The translations under genes were made by a program, and so were the position numbers. A stretch of 60,798 nucleotides of DNA from Acaryochloridaceae cyanobacterium VAR_48_metabat_390 (lineage in GTDB: Bacteria > Cyanobacteriota > Cyanobacteriia > Thermosynechococcales > Thermosynechococcaceae). The DNA lies in the NCBI GenBank assembly GCA_031422435.1, contig JANPLU010000056.1, positions 1 through 60,798 on the forward strand, read 5' to 3'. Each line of letters begins with the position of its first letter. Within the stretch, counting starts at the first letter, position 1. The notes under the pieces are model-generated. The model saw nothing but the letters and a program-made list of their open reading frames with translations, was not told where the DNA came from and did not search any database. Shown in pieces: positions 36,801 through 47,266 of this stretch.

Positions 36801-37456
36801 GGCTCTAATATGGCTAACAGGCCGCTGATGTCAGTTCCTAAAAGCATAGTTCCCATCACTTCCATCGTCACGGAAACCATTAAAGGACGGCGATCGCCCT
36901 TCTTTGCAAACACCACCTCAATTGCATTCAGCGCAGCCTTAATTTGCAGAACGTCTTGACACGTCTCAACAATAAAGAGATCGACCCCGCCATCAAACAG
37001 CCCCTCGGCCTGAATCTCAAAAGATTCCTTCAGTACGTCGTAGGTCACATGCCCCAAGGTAGGCAGCTTTGTCCCTGGCCCAATGGAACCCGCCACAAAT
37101 CTCGGTTTCTCTGGCGTAGAAAACTCCGCTGCACATTTTTTCGCCAATTCTGCCGCTGTCTTGCTGAGGTAGTGGGCTTGGTCTGCGAGATCAAAATCTG
37201 CAAGGTTAAGAGGGCTACTGCCAAAGGTATCGGTTTCAATCACGTCTGCCCCAGCGGCTAAGAAGTCGCGGTGTACCTTAGCGATCGCTTCTGGTTTGGT
37301 ATGCACCAAATACTCATTACAGCCCTCATACTCAGCCCCCCCAAAGTCTTCCGCCGTCAGATTTTGAGACTGAATATTGGTCCCCATTGCCCCATCAAAC
37401 ACAATGACGGGACGCTCGGGACTATGAAGGCGCTCAAGAAAAGGGCTTTTCATCAT
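33827..37456 (-). CDS. metH: B12-dependent methionine synthase
   Basis: [26 protein letters not shown] (B12-binding), [10 protein letters not shown]. Confidence 0.97.
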   Translation of the reverse strand: MMKSPFLERLHSPERPVIVFDGAMGTNIQSQNLTAEDFGGAEYEGCNEYLVHTKPEAIAKVHRDFLAAGADVIETDTFGSSPLNLADFDLADQAHYLSKTAAELAKKCAAEFSTPEKPRFVAGSIGPGTKLPTLGHVTYDVLKESFEIQAEGLFDGGVDLFIVETCQDVLQIKAALNAIEVVFAKKGDRRPLMVSVTMEVMGTMLLGTDISGLLAILEPFPIDILGLNCATGPDRMADHIKYLTENAPFVVSCVPNAGLPENIGGHAHYKMTPMELRMALHRFIEDWGVQVIGGCCGTRPEHIQALAEIGTLLKPKERDVRRSLQPGHSGRDLFGYTPASASIYTAQPYEQDNSFLIVGERLNASGSKKVRELLNEDDWDGLMAIAKSQTKEGAHVLDVNVDYVGRDGERDMHELVSRLVTNVTLPLMLDSTEWQKMEAGLKVAGGKCILNSTNYEDGEERFLKVLELAKEYGAGVVIGTIDEEGMARTAERKFQIAQRAYRTAVEFGIPAHEIFFDTLALPISTGIEEDRENGKATIESIRMIRENLPGCHFMLGVSNISFGLSPATRITLNSMFLNEAMQVGMDGAIVSAAKILPLAKIEPEHQQVCTDLIYDRRRFDENNICIYDPLIRLTELFAGVSAKDARSGASLADLPIEERLKQHIIDGERIGLDDGLKLALETYKPLHIINTFLLDGMKVVGELFGSGQMQLPFVLQSAETMKSAVAFLEPFMEKVEGEDTSSGKGKFLIATVKGDVHDIGKNLVDIILTNNGYKVINLGIKQTVDAIVDAYNEHKPDCIAMSGLLVKSTAFMKENLNVFNERGISVPVILGGAALTPKFVYEDCQNAYQGQVIYGKDAFADLTFMDRYMPAKAETQWKDEEGFTGELAKFNQKGRNAINQAERELNGGAPEKAEPTEPVVIDTVRSEAVDADIARPTPPFWGTKILKPEDFSFEELFWHMDLQALIAGQWQFRKPKEQSREEYDAFLAQKVYPVLETWKQRVVAENLLHPQLVYGYFPCVAEGNTVHVYDAAVIEQGLTPQTATPFVTWTFPRQKSLRRLCIADFFRPITENQFDVFPMQAVTVGHIATEFAQKLYAENAYTDYLYFHGLAVQVAEAVAEQSHARIRKELGYGDLEPDNIRDMLAQRYQGSRYSFGYPACPNVADQFKQLELMGTDRIGMTIDESEQLYPEQSTTALIVYHPVAKYFSA

Positions 37457-37798
37457 TGTTTAGGCGTTTAGACGATGCAACAACAGGGTTTGGAGCAGTA
37501 TTTATGAGGTTAGGCTGTTGAACCTGTCCCATCAGAAAGATGAATGCTGCTGTAAATTTAATGACATAGACTTCTTACACAAGTATTTGCATAAAAAATC
37601 TAGGTAATTGTGCAAATTTTTTAAGCTCATCGTCCATTAGGGCGAATAAACTACTTTCTCTCTACTAATCCTACTCACTTTACCTAAATCATCCAACCGT
37701 CCAGCCCAATCCATCCACTTTGCTGGATTGACCGTGGGTCTAAGCAACCCAATCGCTCAGTATTTTAGCGTCTGAATCGCCTTGTTTTCAGTGCATCT

Positions 37799-37933
37799 GG
37801 CGATCGCCACTTCATCTTCTAACAGCACATCTGACTGAAGCACCAGCCACGTAATGGCACGGTACATCGCCCCAGTATCGAGATGGATAGGTCCTAGTTC
37901 TTTGGCACAAAGACGCGTAACGGTGGATTTCCG
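37799..37933 (-). pseudogene. cmk: Isolated internal fragment of cytidylate kinase (cmk or panC-cmk)
   Basis: KSTVTRLCAKELGPIHLDTGAMYRAITWLVLQSDVLLEDEVAIA; DTGAMYRA is the Cmk signature; similarity stops at HIP1 37800-37807. Confidence 0.8.
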
Positions 37934-38041
37934 AGTGTGCTCAGCTTTTTGTGTAAAACAAGTTCAGAAGTACGCATTTTTGACGTTTCAGAGACTCCAT
38001 ACACAAAATTTTGATCAGTTTCCATAGTGCAGCTGATGGAT

Positions 38042-38446
38042 CTACAGTTTGACACCCGTGAAAGAAAACTTCCCACCTAGGTTGTCGCTGCCAACGCCCG
38101 TAAATTCAAACTTATCCCGGCTAAAGGTCATGTTGCTAAAGTTCGTCACCAATCCGCCTGATAGAGACACCCGTGCGACGGCCAAACAGGTCGTTTGGAC
38201 AGTCAAGGAAGAACCTGTTAGGGTTGTCCGAACAGTCCCATTGGAAAATGTGCATCTGGCTCCGGTCGTGATAATTCCGGTCGTGCCAATACTTAGGGGG
38301 CAATAAACCCATCCATCACTAGTATTCACGTAGACATTCCACCGCCCTGCTGCATCGGCCTGGGTACAAGCAGCCCAAGCTGAAGGTGTGATTGCACCCA
38401 CAAGCAGCGAAGCCCCTAACGCGATGCCTACTTTACCTCTTAACAT
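38042..38446 (-). CDS. Hypothetical secreted protein
   Basis: Signal-peptide-like MLRGKVGIALGASLLVGAITPSAWA; Cys-containing, beta-rich mature part. Confidence 0.65.
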   Translation of the reverse strand: MLRGKVGIALGASLLVGAITPSAWAACTQADAAGRWNVYVNTSDGWVYCPLSIGTTGIITTGARCTFSNGTVRTTLTGSSLTVQTTCLAVARVSLSGGLVTNFSNMTFSRDKFEFTGVGSDNLGGKFSFTGVKL

Positions 38447-38811
38447 ATCACATATACCAACTTTTAATAAACTTCTACCATACCAGAAAAGCAGTACCAA
38501 AACGCATCAGGACATTTTTCGCATTTTGAGCTTTCATTCTTCAGAAATTTAGCCTGAGAATATGTCCTAAGCCAAAATCGTACTGCTATATACTTATGTC
38601 GAGCATTCCAAAACCAGGCATCTGACAGAGTATTGTCACGCACAAAAACAATTAGTTTTAACTAGCACTAAGACACATTTTTTCATAGCTTCTAGTTTGT
38701 AGAAAACCTTTATAAAAATCAATATGATTTCCTAAGGCTAAGCGATAAATTTTAATCACTAGCTTCACTATGCACTAGGCTATCTAACTATATTTAGTCT
38801 ACAATTATTAG

Positions 38812-41250
38812 TCATCTATACGGTTTTAATGGAGTGCTGTAGCGACTGCAAACGATTTGTAGCGCCTTCCAAGGTGCATACCAATACAGATCATAGATAA
38901 CGATTGGGACAGACCCTGGCTCTTCTGAGCTACTAAATTGAACGAGGCCGATATTGTTTAGCCCCACAACTTCTTTCCCTTCCTGTAGCCAGCGCCGCTG
39001 CCAGACTAAAGCCCAAAGCCTGTTCCGAAAACGATGGGAGGAAACCTGCGCTTGAATCACACGAGGAAGCCAAACGGGAGGCTGACTCCAGCGCAAGCGT
39101 CTGACGGGCTGACGCAATAACCACTCGCTTCGATATCCCCAAGAATCGTTCTCCTCCAGGGGCTGAAATGAGTTTTTAGTTTTCAATAAATGTTTTCGCT
39201 TTGGATTTTGACCCATGAGTCGGCTGCAAATTTTCCAGTAGAGCGATCGCCATCGACTGGGTGTCACCTCAATTTCGTGATAGTCCGGCGGAGAACCCAT
39301 CCAATAGCGACGACGCTCTGGGAAAAGCGACTTAATTTTCGTCTGTAAGATTTCGGTAATTGACTCTGAATTGCAAATTGCGCTGGCTGTAAGCTGCACT
39401 AAACATGCACTGGGCTGCGGTCGAAATTGCGGAAAACGGCCTGCTTCTTCAGCTAAATTATGCCAGTAGTCCACCCGAATCGCCGCGCCATAGTGAATAT
39501 CGCCAGAAAGCAAAATCACCTGCTGTCGTTCGTTAAATAGCGTTTGTAAAAGCTGACATCGTGAACTGCCTTCGAGATTCCAAGAATCCCCAATGTCCAT
39601 GTCAAAGGATTTTTTGTGATGCTTGCCAAACGCCTGGAGCCGATCCAAAAGCTCTAGCGTAAAAACATTGGTGGGTGCAATTATCAGTGTCAAAGGCGTT
39701 GAAGAACGATCCTCCTGCTGAGCTGCCTTTAGCATGGGTAATAGCTGCTGCTGGTATGCGCCGGGACTCAAGAGCTGAGGGGGTTCATCTGGGGCGCTTT
39801 CAAGGGGATAGCCTCGCTGGGTGCGGGTGTCTAGCACAATCACCTCATGGGACGGCGCGCTAACGCGATAGTGCCATTTCAAAGAATGCGGCGATCGCGC
39901 AAGAACAAGACAGTCTTTCTCTAGACGAAACTCTGGTAGATCCGTAAGGGCATTGATGGACGGCAGACCAAGCACCTGATAGATCTGTGCTAGCGCCGTC
40001 ACATTCGTCCCTTGCGCCTCACACCAGGCTTCAGTAGCGGCTAAAAGCCTAGCACCAGGCTGATCTAAAACAAACTGTTCTGGCGTATTGCCCCACGCCT
40101 GAAACATAGCGTAGGCCAGTAAGGCATTGCGTACCACCTGCCGTCCCAGCGGTTTGCCGAGGACCCTCAGACACCACGCCTGATTAATATTCCAATCATC
40201 ACTGACGTCATGATCGTCAAAAATCATGTAGGTGGGCACATTTGCCAGCGCCCGACGCACCGCAGATTGAGACTGAGCCGTTGCCACCAAAGATTGAACA
40301 GATTGATTCCACTCTTTAGCGGCTTTACCCGTAACGCCGACTTGCTCTGCCACCGGAAACTTTAGCCGCCAAAGACATTCTGACCAGCTAAACAAATAGC
40401 TGAGGCAGTATTCACTAAACAATAAAAAGTGGCTATTGGTTTTCTGTTCGTCGCCTTGCTCACTGGCGGTTAGTCCTGCATGCTGTTCGGCTAATTTCTG
40501 TCGATTTCCAGGCTGCAACTGCTCGGCCAACCCATCCACAGACTCAATCGCCAGCAGTTCTGACCAGCCAAAAAGGATGGGTGCTATCTGCTGAATACCC
40601 CACAGCAGTGGATCCGCTACTTCATCTCCATAAATTTGATCGCCTGTAAAAAATAGATGGTGAGGCCGATCCAGTGGCTGGCTGGCAGTTTCTGCAATCA
40701 TCTGATCGACAATGGGCAGGGCATCAATCCCTTTATCGTGAACCTTGCGGCAGGAACCATGGAAAATCCGCAGACGATTTAAATCTAATGGGGGTAGCGA
40801 AAATGTAGGTAGGCCATGGGGAAAATAGCTGACCGAAACCTCTGGAAATTCAGCGGATCTCAACGCCTGCTTCAGTGACAGCACAGACACTGGATTTACA
40901 CTAATGCCGTCTTCATCACGAGAACCATCAATGACGTTGGGCTTAAAGCTCAAATCATAGGCGTATAGAACCTCTGGAATGAGCGACTCCGTTTCATTGA
41001 CCTGAGCCGTAACCGCAACCACATGTAGGGCTTTACCAAGCGCAATGGTTTGGGCAATGCCTGTAAGAATAGGCTGCGATCGCCTCACCTCAGCCCCGTC
41101 AGATGCCATGACCCGTAGATAGACTTGGCAGGGGGACTGTAAGGCCAGCCAAACCGTCACCGAGTTAGGTTCAACCCGTCGTAAAATTGGCCCTGCCAAA
41201 ATTAAGGGGAGCTGGTCTAAGTCGAGTGGGGATGCTGCTGTCTCGATCAT
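38812..41250 (-). CDS. PhoD-like metallophosphatase
   Basis: GSCRK, TGDQIYGD, FDDHDVSDDW, LDTR, SGDIH. Confidence 0.82.
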   Translation of the reverse strand: MIETAASPLDLDQLPLILAGPILRRVEPNSVTVWLALQSPCQVYLRVMASDGAEVRRSQPILTGIAQTIALGKALHVVAVTAQVNETESLIPEVLYAYDLSFKPNVIDGSRDEDGISVNPVSVLSLKQALRSAEFPEVSVSYFPHGLPTFSLPPLDLNRLRIFHGSCRKVHDKGIDALPIVDQMIAETASQPLDRPHHLFFTGDQIYGDEVADPLLWGIQQIAPILFGWSELLAIESVDGLAEQLQPGNRQKLAEQHAGLTASEQGDEQKTNSHFLLFSEYCLSYLFSWSECLWRLKFPVAEQVGVTGKAAKEWNQSVQSLVATAQSQSAVRRALANVPTYMIFDDHDVSDDWNINQAWCLRVLGKPLGRQVVRNALLAYAMFQAWGNTPEQFVLDQPGARLLAATEAWCEAQGTNVTALAQIYQVLGLPSINALTDLPEFRLEKDCLVLARSPHSLKWHYRVSAPSHEVIVLDTRTQRGYPLESAPDEPPQLLSPGAYQQQLLPMLKAAQQEDRSSTPLTLIIAPTNVFTLELLDRLQAFGKHHKKSFDMDIGDSWNLEGSSRCQLLQTLFNERQQVILLSGDIHYGAAIRVDYWHNLAEEAGRFPQFRPQPSACLVQLTASAICNSESITEILQTKIKSLFPERRRYWMGSPPDYHEIEVTPSRWRSLYWKICSRLMGQNPKRKHLLKTKNSFQPLEENDSWGYRSEWLLRQPVRRLRWSQPPVWLPRVIQAQVSSHRFRNRLWALVWQRRWLQEGKEVVGLNNIGLVQFSSSEEPGSVPIVIYDLYWYAPWKALQIVCSRYSTPLKPYR

Positions 41251-41303
41251 TGGTCTGTTCTATCTAAGAACCACAAATCCACAGCAAGTTAGCCGATGGA
41301 TTT

Positions 41304-42830
41304 TTAGGCGATCGCCGTCTCTTCCAACATCAGCTTTGAGCGCTTCAATGGCGTTGGAATCTCAATAGGGTAATCACCTGTAAAGCAAGCCGAGCAGAAA
41401 CTGGTGGTGCTTTCACGGGTTGCCTCCAGCATTCCTTCCCAACTGAGATAGCACAAAGAATCTACCCCAATCTGCTCAGCAATTTCTGCCACAGATTTGG
41501 TTGCAGCAATCAGATGATCTTGGCTGTCGGTATCAATGCCGTAAAAGCAGGGGTGAGTGACAGGGGGCGACGAAATTCGCATGTGAACTTCAGTCGCGCC
41601 TGCATCTCGCAGCGCCTTCACAATTTTGCGGCTGGTGGTGCCCCGCACAATGGAATCATCGACTAGAATGACCCGCTTACCTTCGAGTACATCCCGCAGC
41701 GGGTTAAGCTTCATGCGAATACCCATCTCCCGCATTTTTTGGGTGGGCTGAATAAACGTGCGCCCCACATAGCGATTCTTGATCAGCCCTTCCACGTAGG
41801 GAATGCCGGATTTTTGAGAGTAGCCGATCGCCGCAGGAATACCAGAATCTGGCACCGCAATCACAATATCTGCATCCACAGGGGATTCTTTCGCCAAATA
41901 GTGACCAATACGAGTGCGATAGCTGTAGAGGCTTTCGCCATGCATTTGGCTATCAGGTCGCGCAAAGTAAATCATTTCAAAAATACAGAGCTTGCGCTCC
42001 GGCTGGGTTGACCAGTGGAAAGAGGCTAACCCTTTTTCTGTAATCCATACCAATTCCCCTGGCTCTACATCGCGCAAAAATTCAGCGCCAATAATGTCAA
42101 GTGCGCAGCTTTCAGACGCCAGCACATAGTGCAGTGGCCCATCGTCTGTGGGGTCTTCCTTGGGCAGTATGCCAATCACCAAAGGCCGGATGCCGTGGGG
42201 GTCACGGATGCCCATAATGCCTTCGGGGGTGCCCACCACTAAACTAAAGGCACCTTCGCACATTTGACAGGCCGTAATTGCGCCCTCTAGCCAGTCTTTG
42301 CCAAGCTGTACCTCATGGGCGATCGCACAGGCAATGCCTTCAGAATCTGTTGTACTCGCCAGCTCCCAATTATCAGCTAAAAGCCGATTGCGCAATTCAA
42401 CGGTGTTGACTAAGTTGCCGTTATGAGCCAGCACTAAAGGCCCTAGGCGCGTTTTGACTAAAACAGGCTGAGCATTGACCACTCGGCTAGAGCCTGTCGT
42501 GGAGTAGCGCGTATGACCTACTGAAGTAGAGCCAGGGAGGGTGCCGAGAATATCTTCATCAAATACTTGGGTTACAAGCCCCATATCTTTATGGAGGTGT
42601 ACCTGATGACCTTCAAAGGTGGCAATTCCGGCAGATTCCTGACCGCGATGCTGAAGGGCAAAAAGACCAAAATAGGTAAGTTTAGAAACTTCTATTCCTG
42701 GAGCATAGACCCCAAACACGCCGCAGGCTTCCTCTGGTTTGTCGGGCGCGTCCAGTACCGGATCGGCTTCTTCATCTGGGTGGGAGAAAAACTCTAGTCC
42801 GTCCGAAGATGCAGAGGAAAAAGCGGCCAT
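41304..42830 (-). CDS. purF: Amidophosphoribosyltransferase
   Basis: EEACGVFG, QHRGQES, VDDSIVRGTT, CFYGID. Confidence 0.96.
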   Translation of the reverse strand: MAAFSSASSDGLEFFSHPDEEADPVLDAPDKPEEACGVFGVYAPGIEVSKLTYFGLFALQHRGQESAGIATFEGHQVHLHKDMGLVTQVFDEDILGTLPGSTSVGHTRYSTTGSSRVVNAQPVLVKTRLGPLVLAHNGNLVNTVELRNRLLADNWELASTTDSEGIACAIAHEVQLGKDWLEGAITACQMCEGAFSLVVGTPEGIMGIRDPHGIRPLVIGILPKEDPTDDGPLHYVLASESCALDIIGAEFLRDVEPGELVWITEKGLASFHWSTQPERKLCIFEMIYFARPDSQMHGESLYSYRTRIGHYLAKESPVDADIVIAVPDSGIPAAIGYSQKSGIPYVEGLIKNRYVGRTFIQPTQKMREMGIRMKLNPLRDVLEGKRVILVDDSIVRGTTSRKIVKALRDAGATEVHMRISSPPVTHPCFYGIDTDSQDHLIAATKSVAEIAEQIGVDSLCYLSWEGMLEATRESTTSFCSACFTGDYPIEIPTPLKRSKLMLEETAIA

Positions 42831-42894
42831 GTGAGGAATGACTCCTGATCGGAAAATTTTAGCCAGATTATGATTGAAGCATGCCCAAGACGAC

Positions 42895-45240
42895 TTAGTT
42901 AGCCGCCAAGCAAGTCTCGATTGCCGTCAGCCAAGGGGAGGCGATCTCCTCCATACTAGCCGAGATTAATGTCAGGTTATCTGCGGTTTTGACTTCAAAG
43001 CGATCGCCTTCCGCCCCTACGGATCCCAACATCTGCCAAGCATTGCCTAGATTTTGCTGAAGATACGCTTCCCAGTCGGGTTTATGGGCAGGATCGACAG
43101 ACACTACTATACGGGCACCCCCTTCTGCAAACAGCAGCTCATCCCAGCGCAAAGTGCCAACCTGGACAGACAGAGTGAACTGCGCCCCACGCTGACCCGA
43201 AATACAGGCTTCGGCTAAGGCAACTGCCACGCCGCCTTCTGCGCTGTCATGGGCAGAACGCACCCATCCCTGCCGAATGCCGTAACGACAGGCTGCTTGG
43301 ACGGAGGTTTCTAGGTCAAAATCTACCCGAGGGGGACGACCTGCGACGGTTTTATGAACCGCTGCCAAATACTCTGAAGCGCCCAGCGTGACTGAGGGAG
43401 ATGGGGTACCTAGCGGAATGCCAAGAAGATAAATGCGATCGCCCTCACATTGCCAGCCCTGCCCACAAATTTGGGTCAGGTCAGGGATTAGCCCCACCAT
43501 GCCCACCACGGGCGTGGGATAAATGGGCTGAGGCTTGCCTTCGCTGTCTAAGGTTTCGTTGTAGAGCGAGACGTTGCCGCCCGTGACGGGGGTTTTCATC
43601 GCGCGGCAGGCTTCTGCCAGCCCTCGGCAGGCTTCTGCCAACTGCCAGTAGCCAATAGGCTTTTCTGGGCTGCCAAAGTTGAGATTATCGGTAACGGCGA
43701 TCGGTTCTGCGCCCACACAGCTCAGGTTACGCGCGGCTTCAGCCACCGTTGCCTTAGCCCCTTCGTAGGGGTCTAGATACACATAGCGGGAGTTACAGTC
43801 TACGGTTGCCGCTACGCCCCGTGTGGCCTGGTGTGCAGGCAAGAGCGGATCGACAGGTCGCAGGCGCACGACAGCCGCATCGGCACCGCCAGGAAGCATG
43901 ACCGTATTGTTTTGCACCTGGTGGTCATACTGACGGTAGACCCAGCGTTTAGAGGCGATGGTCGGGGTTGCCAGTAGCTCGGTTAGTACCTGAGTCCAAG
44001 TTTTAGTGCCGTCGGGCAGGTCTAGACCTGTAGGGGTGGAAGGGGGGAGGCGATCGCCATTCCACTCCCAAGCCTCTCGCGCATAGGCAGGCGGCTCTGC
44101 CAACACCTCTCGCTCATAGATTGGCGTGTTGTCCGAGAGCGCCGTGGCTAAAATCTCAGCGGCAATTTCGCCCTTAAAGCGAATTCGCACAATGGGGTCT
44201 TCTGTGACCTCACCCGCCACTACCGCCTGAAGTCCCCAGCGATGGAAGATGTCAATCAGCTCCTGCTCACGTCCCTTGTGCGCCACAAACAGCATCCGCT
44301 CCTGAGACTCGGAGAGCATGTACTCGTAGGGCACCATGCCAGACTCACGCACCGGAATTTTGTCGAGGTCAAAGTCTACCCCAACGCCGCCCTTTGCCGA
44401 CATTTCGGCTGTTGAGCAGGTAATCCCCGCTGCGCCCATGTCTTGCGCTGCCACCACTGCCCCAGTTTTGAAGGCTTCTAAACACGCCTCAATAAGAGAT
44501 TTTTCTAAAAATGGATCGCCCACCTGTACCGCAGGGCGATCGGCTTCTGACTTATCGCTGAGTTCTGCGCTGGCAAAGCTTGCACCGCCCATGCCGTCTC
44601 GCCCCGTGGTTGAACCCACGTACAAGACCGGATTGCCAATTCCCGCCGCTCCAGATTTAACAATTTCGGGCGTTTCCATTAGCCCTAAGGCCATCACATT
44701 GACCAGCGGGTTGCCGGAGTAAGCTGGGTCAAAATAGACCTCTCCACCCACCGTGGGTACGCCCACGCAGTTGCCGTAGTGAGAGATCCCAGAGACAACC
44801 CCTGTAAATAAGCGCCGTGTACGCGCATCGGCAAGATCGCCAAAGCGCAGCGAATTGAGTAGGGCGATCGGTCGTGCACCCATCGTAAAAATATCGCGCA
44901 AAATGCCGCCTACGCCTGTGGCTGCACCCTGGAATGGCTCCACTGCCGAAGGGTGATTGTGAGACTCAATCTTAAAGGCAAGCTGAAGCCCATCGCCCAG
45001 ATCTACTACGCCTGCATTTTCCCCAGGCCCCACCAAGACGCGATCGCCCGTGGTGGGGAACTGCTTCAGCAGCGGACGAGAGTTTTTGTAGCAGCAGTGT
45101 TCTGACCACATCACCCCAAACATACCCAGCTCGGCACGGTTGGGGTGACGACCTAGGCGTTTCACAATGTCTTCGTACTCTTCGGGCTTTAGCCCTTCTG
45201 AGGCAATTTCTTCGGGTGTAAATGGGGCAGTGGTCAACAT
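42895..45240 (-). CDS. purL: Phosphoribosylformylglycinamidine synthase subunit PurL
   Basis: [38 protein letters not shown]; likely start ATG 45240. Confidence 0.96.
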   Translation of the reverse strand: MLTTAPFTPEEIASEGLKPEEYEDIVKRLGRHPNRAELGMFGVMWSEHCCYKNSRPLLKQFPTTGDRVLVGPGENAGVVDLGDGLQLAFKIESHNHPSAVEPFQGAATGVGGILRDIFTMGARPIALLNSLRFGDLADARTRRLFTGVVSGISHYGNCVGVPTVGGEVYFDPAYSGNPLVNVMALGLMETPEIVKSGAAGIGNPVLYVGSTTGRDGMGGASFASAELSDKSEADRPAVQVGDPFLEKSLIEACLEAFKTGAVVAAQDMGAAGITCSTAEMSAKGGVGVDFDLDKIPVRESGMVPYEYMLSESQERMLFVAHKGREQELIDIFHRWGLQAVVAGEVTEDPIVRIRFKGEIAAEILATALSDNTPIYEREVLAEPPAYAREAWEWNGDRLPPSTPTGLDLPDGTKTWTQVLTELLATPTIASKRWVYRQYDHQVQNNTVMLPGGADAAVVRLRPVDPLLPAHQATRGVAATVDCNSRYVYLDPYEGAKATVAEAARNLSCVGAEPIAVTDNLNFGSPEKPIGYWQLAEACRGLAEACRAMKTPVTGGNVSLYNETLDSEGKPQPIYPTPVVGMVGLIPDLTQICGQGWQCEGDRIYLLGIPLGTPSPSVTLGASEYLAAVHKTVAGRPPRVDFDLETSVQAACRYGIRQGWVRSAHDSAEGGVAVALAEACISGQRGAQFTLSVQVGTLRWDELLFAEGGARIVVSVDPAHKPDWEAYLQQNLGNAWQMLGSVGAEGDRFEVKTADNLTLISASMEEIASPWLTAIETCLAAN

Positions 45241-45353
45241 GCAGCCTTTCCAATAGCACAGGCACCTATTGTACAAGCTGAACTCTGTCTCGGATCTCTA
45301 CTTTTACTGACGTAACGGCGAAGGATCACGAATTTGATAACGTCTAATTTTGA

Positions 45354-45438
45354 CCCTCACCCCAACCCTCTCCCTAGGGAGAGGGAGCAAGAGTCTGATC
45401 CCCCTTCTCCTTAGGGAGAAGGGGCTAGGGGATGAGGG
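45354..45438. repeat. REP-like branched palindrome (two hairpins closed by an outer stem)
   Basis: CCCTCACCCC..CCCTCTCCC-TA-GGGAGAGGG..CCCCTTCTCC-TTAG-GGAGAAGGGG..GGGGATGAGGG. Confidence 0.8.
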
Positions 45439-45491
45439 CGTGCAAGGCGTAAGGTCTCTTACCAGTTCTCTAAGTTCTTTGATTCACAATC

Positions 45492-45755
45492 CTAAGGAAT
45501 CAAGCCACCCACAATCTGAAGCAAAAATAGCGCCAACATCGGAGACAGGTCAAACCCTCCCAAGGGCGGCAATAAAGACCGGAATAAGTTGAGGTATGGA
45601 TCCGTTAGCTGACTCAGGACTGCAAAGGGAGGGCTGCTCCAGTTCACTGTAGGAAACCAGGTGAGCAAAATTCTGATAATGACAATAACCGTGTAGATCG
45701 CAATAAATTGCTTTAGCCCACCGCCTAAAACCGATAAAACGTCAGTTGAACCCAT
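45492..45755 (-). CDS. YggT/YlmG (Ycf19) family membrane protein
   Basis: RILLTWFP...LTDPYLNLFR...DLSP. Confidence 0.92.
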   Translation of the reverse strand: MGSTDVLSVLGGGLKQFIAIYTVIVIIRILLTWFPTVNWSSPPFAVLSQLTDPYLNLFRSLLPPLGGFDLSPMLALFLLQIVGGLIP

Positions 45756-45826
45756 GATTTTCCTGCATCATCAAACGCTATCTATCAGTCTAGTCGATTA
45801 AAAAGCGCTGTTTTAAGCGCCAGCGC

Positions 45827-46162
45827 CTAAAAATCTTCTGGTGTGCCGCTGCCGTTGACCTTACTTAACTGCTGACGGGCTAGGTCAATGGCATCATTAA
45901 GCTGAGAAATTTTATCCTCTAACCCCTGACGAGTTTCTTCTACAGTCGTTTCTTCGGTGGCGTTGAGAACCCGCTGCCGGATGCGCTTAAACTGCTCTTT
46001 AGCAATGCTGGCTGGGCTACTTTCTGAAAGCGAATCGGCCTCATCATCTGATTCGATGAGCTTCGTGGCAAGCCAAGTGCCTACAAGGCCGCCCACAACC
46101 GATCCAAAAATGGTTCCGGCGAGAAAGCCGCCCGCAAAGCGATCGCCATCTTGATTACTCAT
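45827..46162 (-). CDS. Conserved cyanobacterial hypothetical protein (Gly-rich TM plus coiled coil)
   Basis: GFLAGTIFGSVVGG; LEDKISQLNDAID. Confidence 0.75.
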   Translation of the reverse strand: MSNQDGDRFAGGFLAGTIFGSVVGGLVGTWLATKLIESDDEADSLSESSPASIAKEQFKRIRQRVLNATEETTVEETRQGLEDKISQLNDAIDLARQQLSKVNGSGTPEDF

Positions 46163-46342
46163 GAGCCAACGTTAATGATCTGCACTACTCTTTAGCTTAC
46201 TGCCTAAGCTGAACTGAACACGCAGTTCTCTGTCTAGAAAAATAGCATGAGTTAAAGTAGCGTCGAAACGTCTCAATCACTTGACAGAGAGTGGCACCTC
46301 ATAAGACACTGCTCATCTTAACCGTCGCCGAAGGACATTGGC

Positions 46343-47266
46343 ATGGGGGCACTTAAAGGTCGCGATCTACTCAGCCTTGCTGATTTATCGACGGAAGAAG
46401 TTTTATATCTGCTCGATTTTGCCGCGCAGCTTAAGTCTGGCAAAGTGCAGCCTAGATGCCCAAAAGTTTTGGGGCTGCTGTTTTCTAAAGCCTCAACTCG
46501 CACCCGCGTTAGCTTTTCAGTCGCAATGGGGCACATGGGAGGGCAGGTTTTAGACCTTAACTCTAACCTCACCCAAGTGGGTCGTGGCGAACCCGTTGAA
46601 GATACCGCCAGAGTGCTAGATCGCTACCTAGATGTTGTTGCCATCCGCACCTTTGAGCAATCTGAAGTCGAAACCTTTGCCCACCACGCCAAGATTCCGG
46701 TCATTAATGCGCTGACCGATCTAGAGCATCCCTGCCAAATTTTGGCTGACCTCCAGACGGTGTTTGAGGCTTTTGGTACGTTTGATGGACTTACCCTGAC
46801 TTATCTCGGCGATGGCAATAACATTGCCCATTCTCTGCTGTTGGGCTGTGCATTGGTGGGGCTTAATGTTCGAGTGGCAACACCCCAGGCATTTCAGCCG
46901 CTGCCAGAGATTGTGGCAAAGGCTAAAGAGATTGCAGGCGATCGCAGTTCTATCACCATCACCACAGACCCAGAACAAGCCGCCAAGGGTGCCCATATTC
47001 TGTACACCGACGTATGGGCCAGTATGGGGCAAGAGGACGAGGCGGATGACCGAGCGCCGATTTTTATGCCCTATCAGATCAATGCACCATTAATGGCCTT
47101 GGCAGATCCTGAAGCCATTGTGCTGCACTGTCTACCCGCTTACCGTGAAAAAGAAATTACCCATGAGGTAATGGAAAGTTCTGCCTCTCGCATTTGGGAT
47201 CAGGCTGAGAATCGTCTGCATACCCAAAAGGCGCTACTAGCCTCTGTGTTAGGTGCAGAAACCTAG
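46343..47266 (+). CDS. argF: Ornithine carbamoyltransferase
   Basis: STRTRVSF, HPCQILAD, YTDVWASMG, HCLP, QAENR. Confidence 0.96.
   Translation: MGALKGRDLLSLADLSTEEVLYLLDFAAQLKSGKVQPRCPKVLGLLFSKASTRTRVSFSVAMGHMGGQVLDLNSNLTQVGRGEPVEDTARVLDRYLDVVAIRTFEQSEVETFAHHAKIPVINALTDLEHPCQILADLQTVFEAFGTFDGLTLTYLGDGNNIAHSLLLGCALVGLNVRVATPQAFQPLPEIVAKAKEIAGDRSSITITTDPEQAAKGAHILYTDVWASMGQEDEADDRAPIFMPYQINAPLMALADPEAIVLHCLPAYREKEITHEVMESSASRIWDQAENRLHTQKALLASVLGAET

Noticed and set aside
37457..37800. Cobalamin or SAM riboswitch upstream of metH
   Set aside because: No recognisable conserved core motifs by eye; an Rfam scan would be needed to exclude it fully
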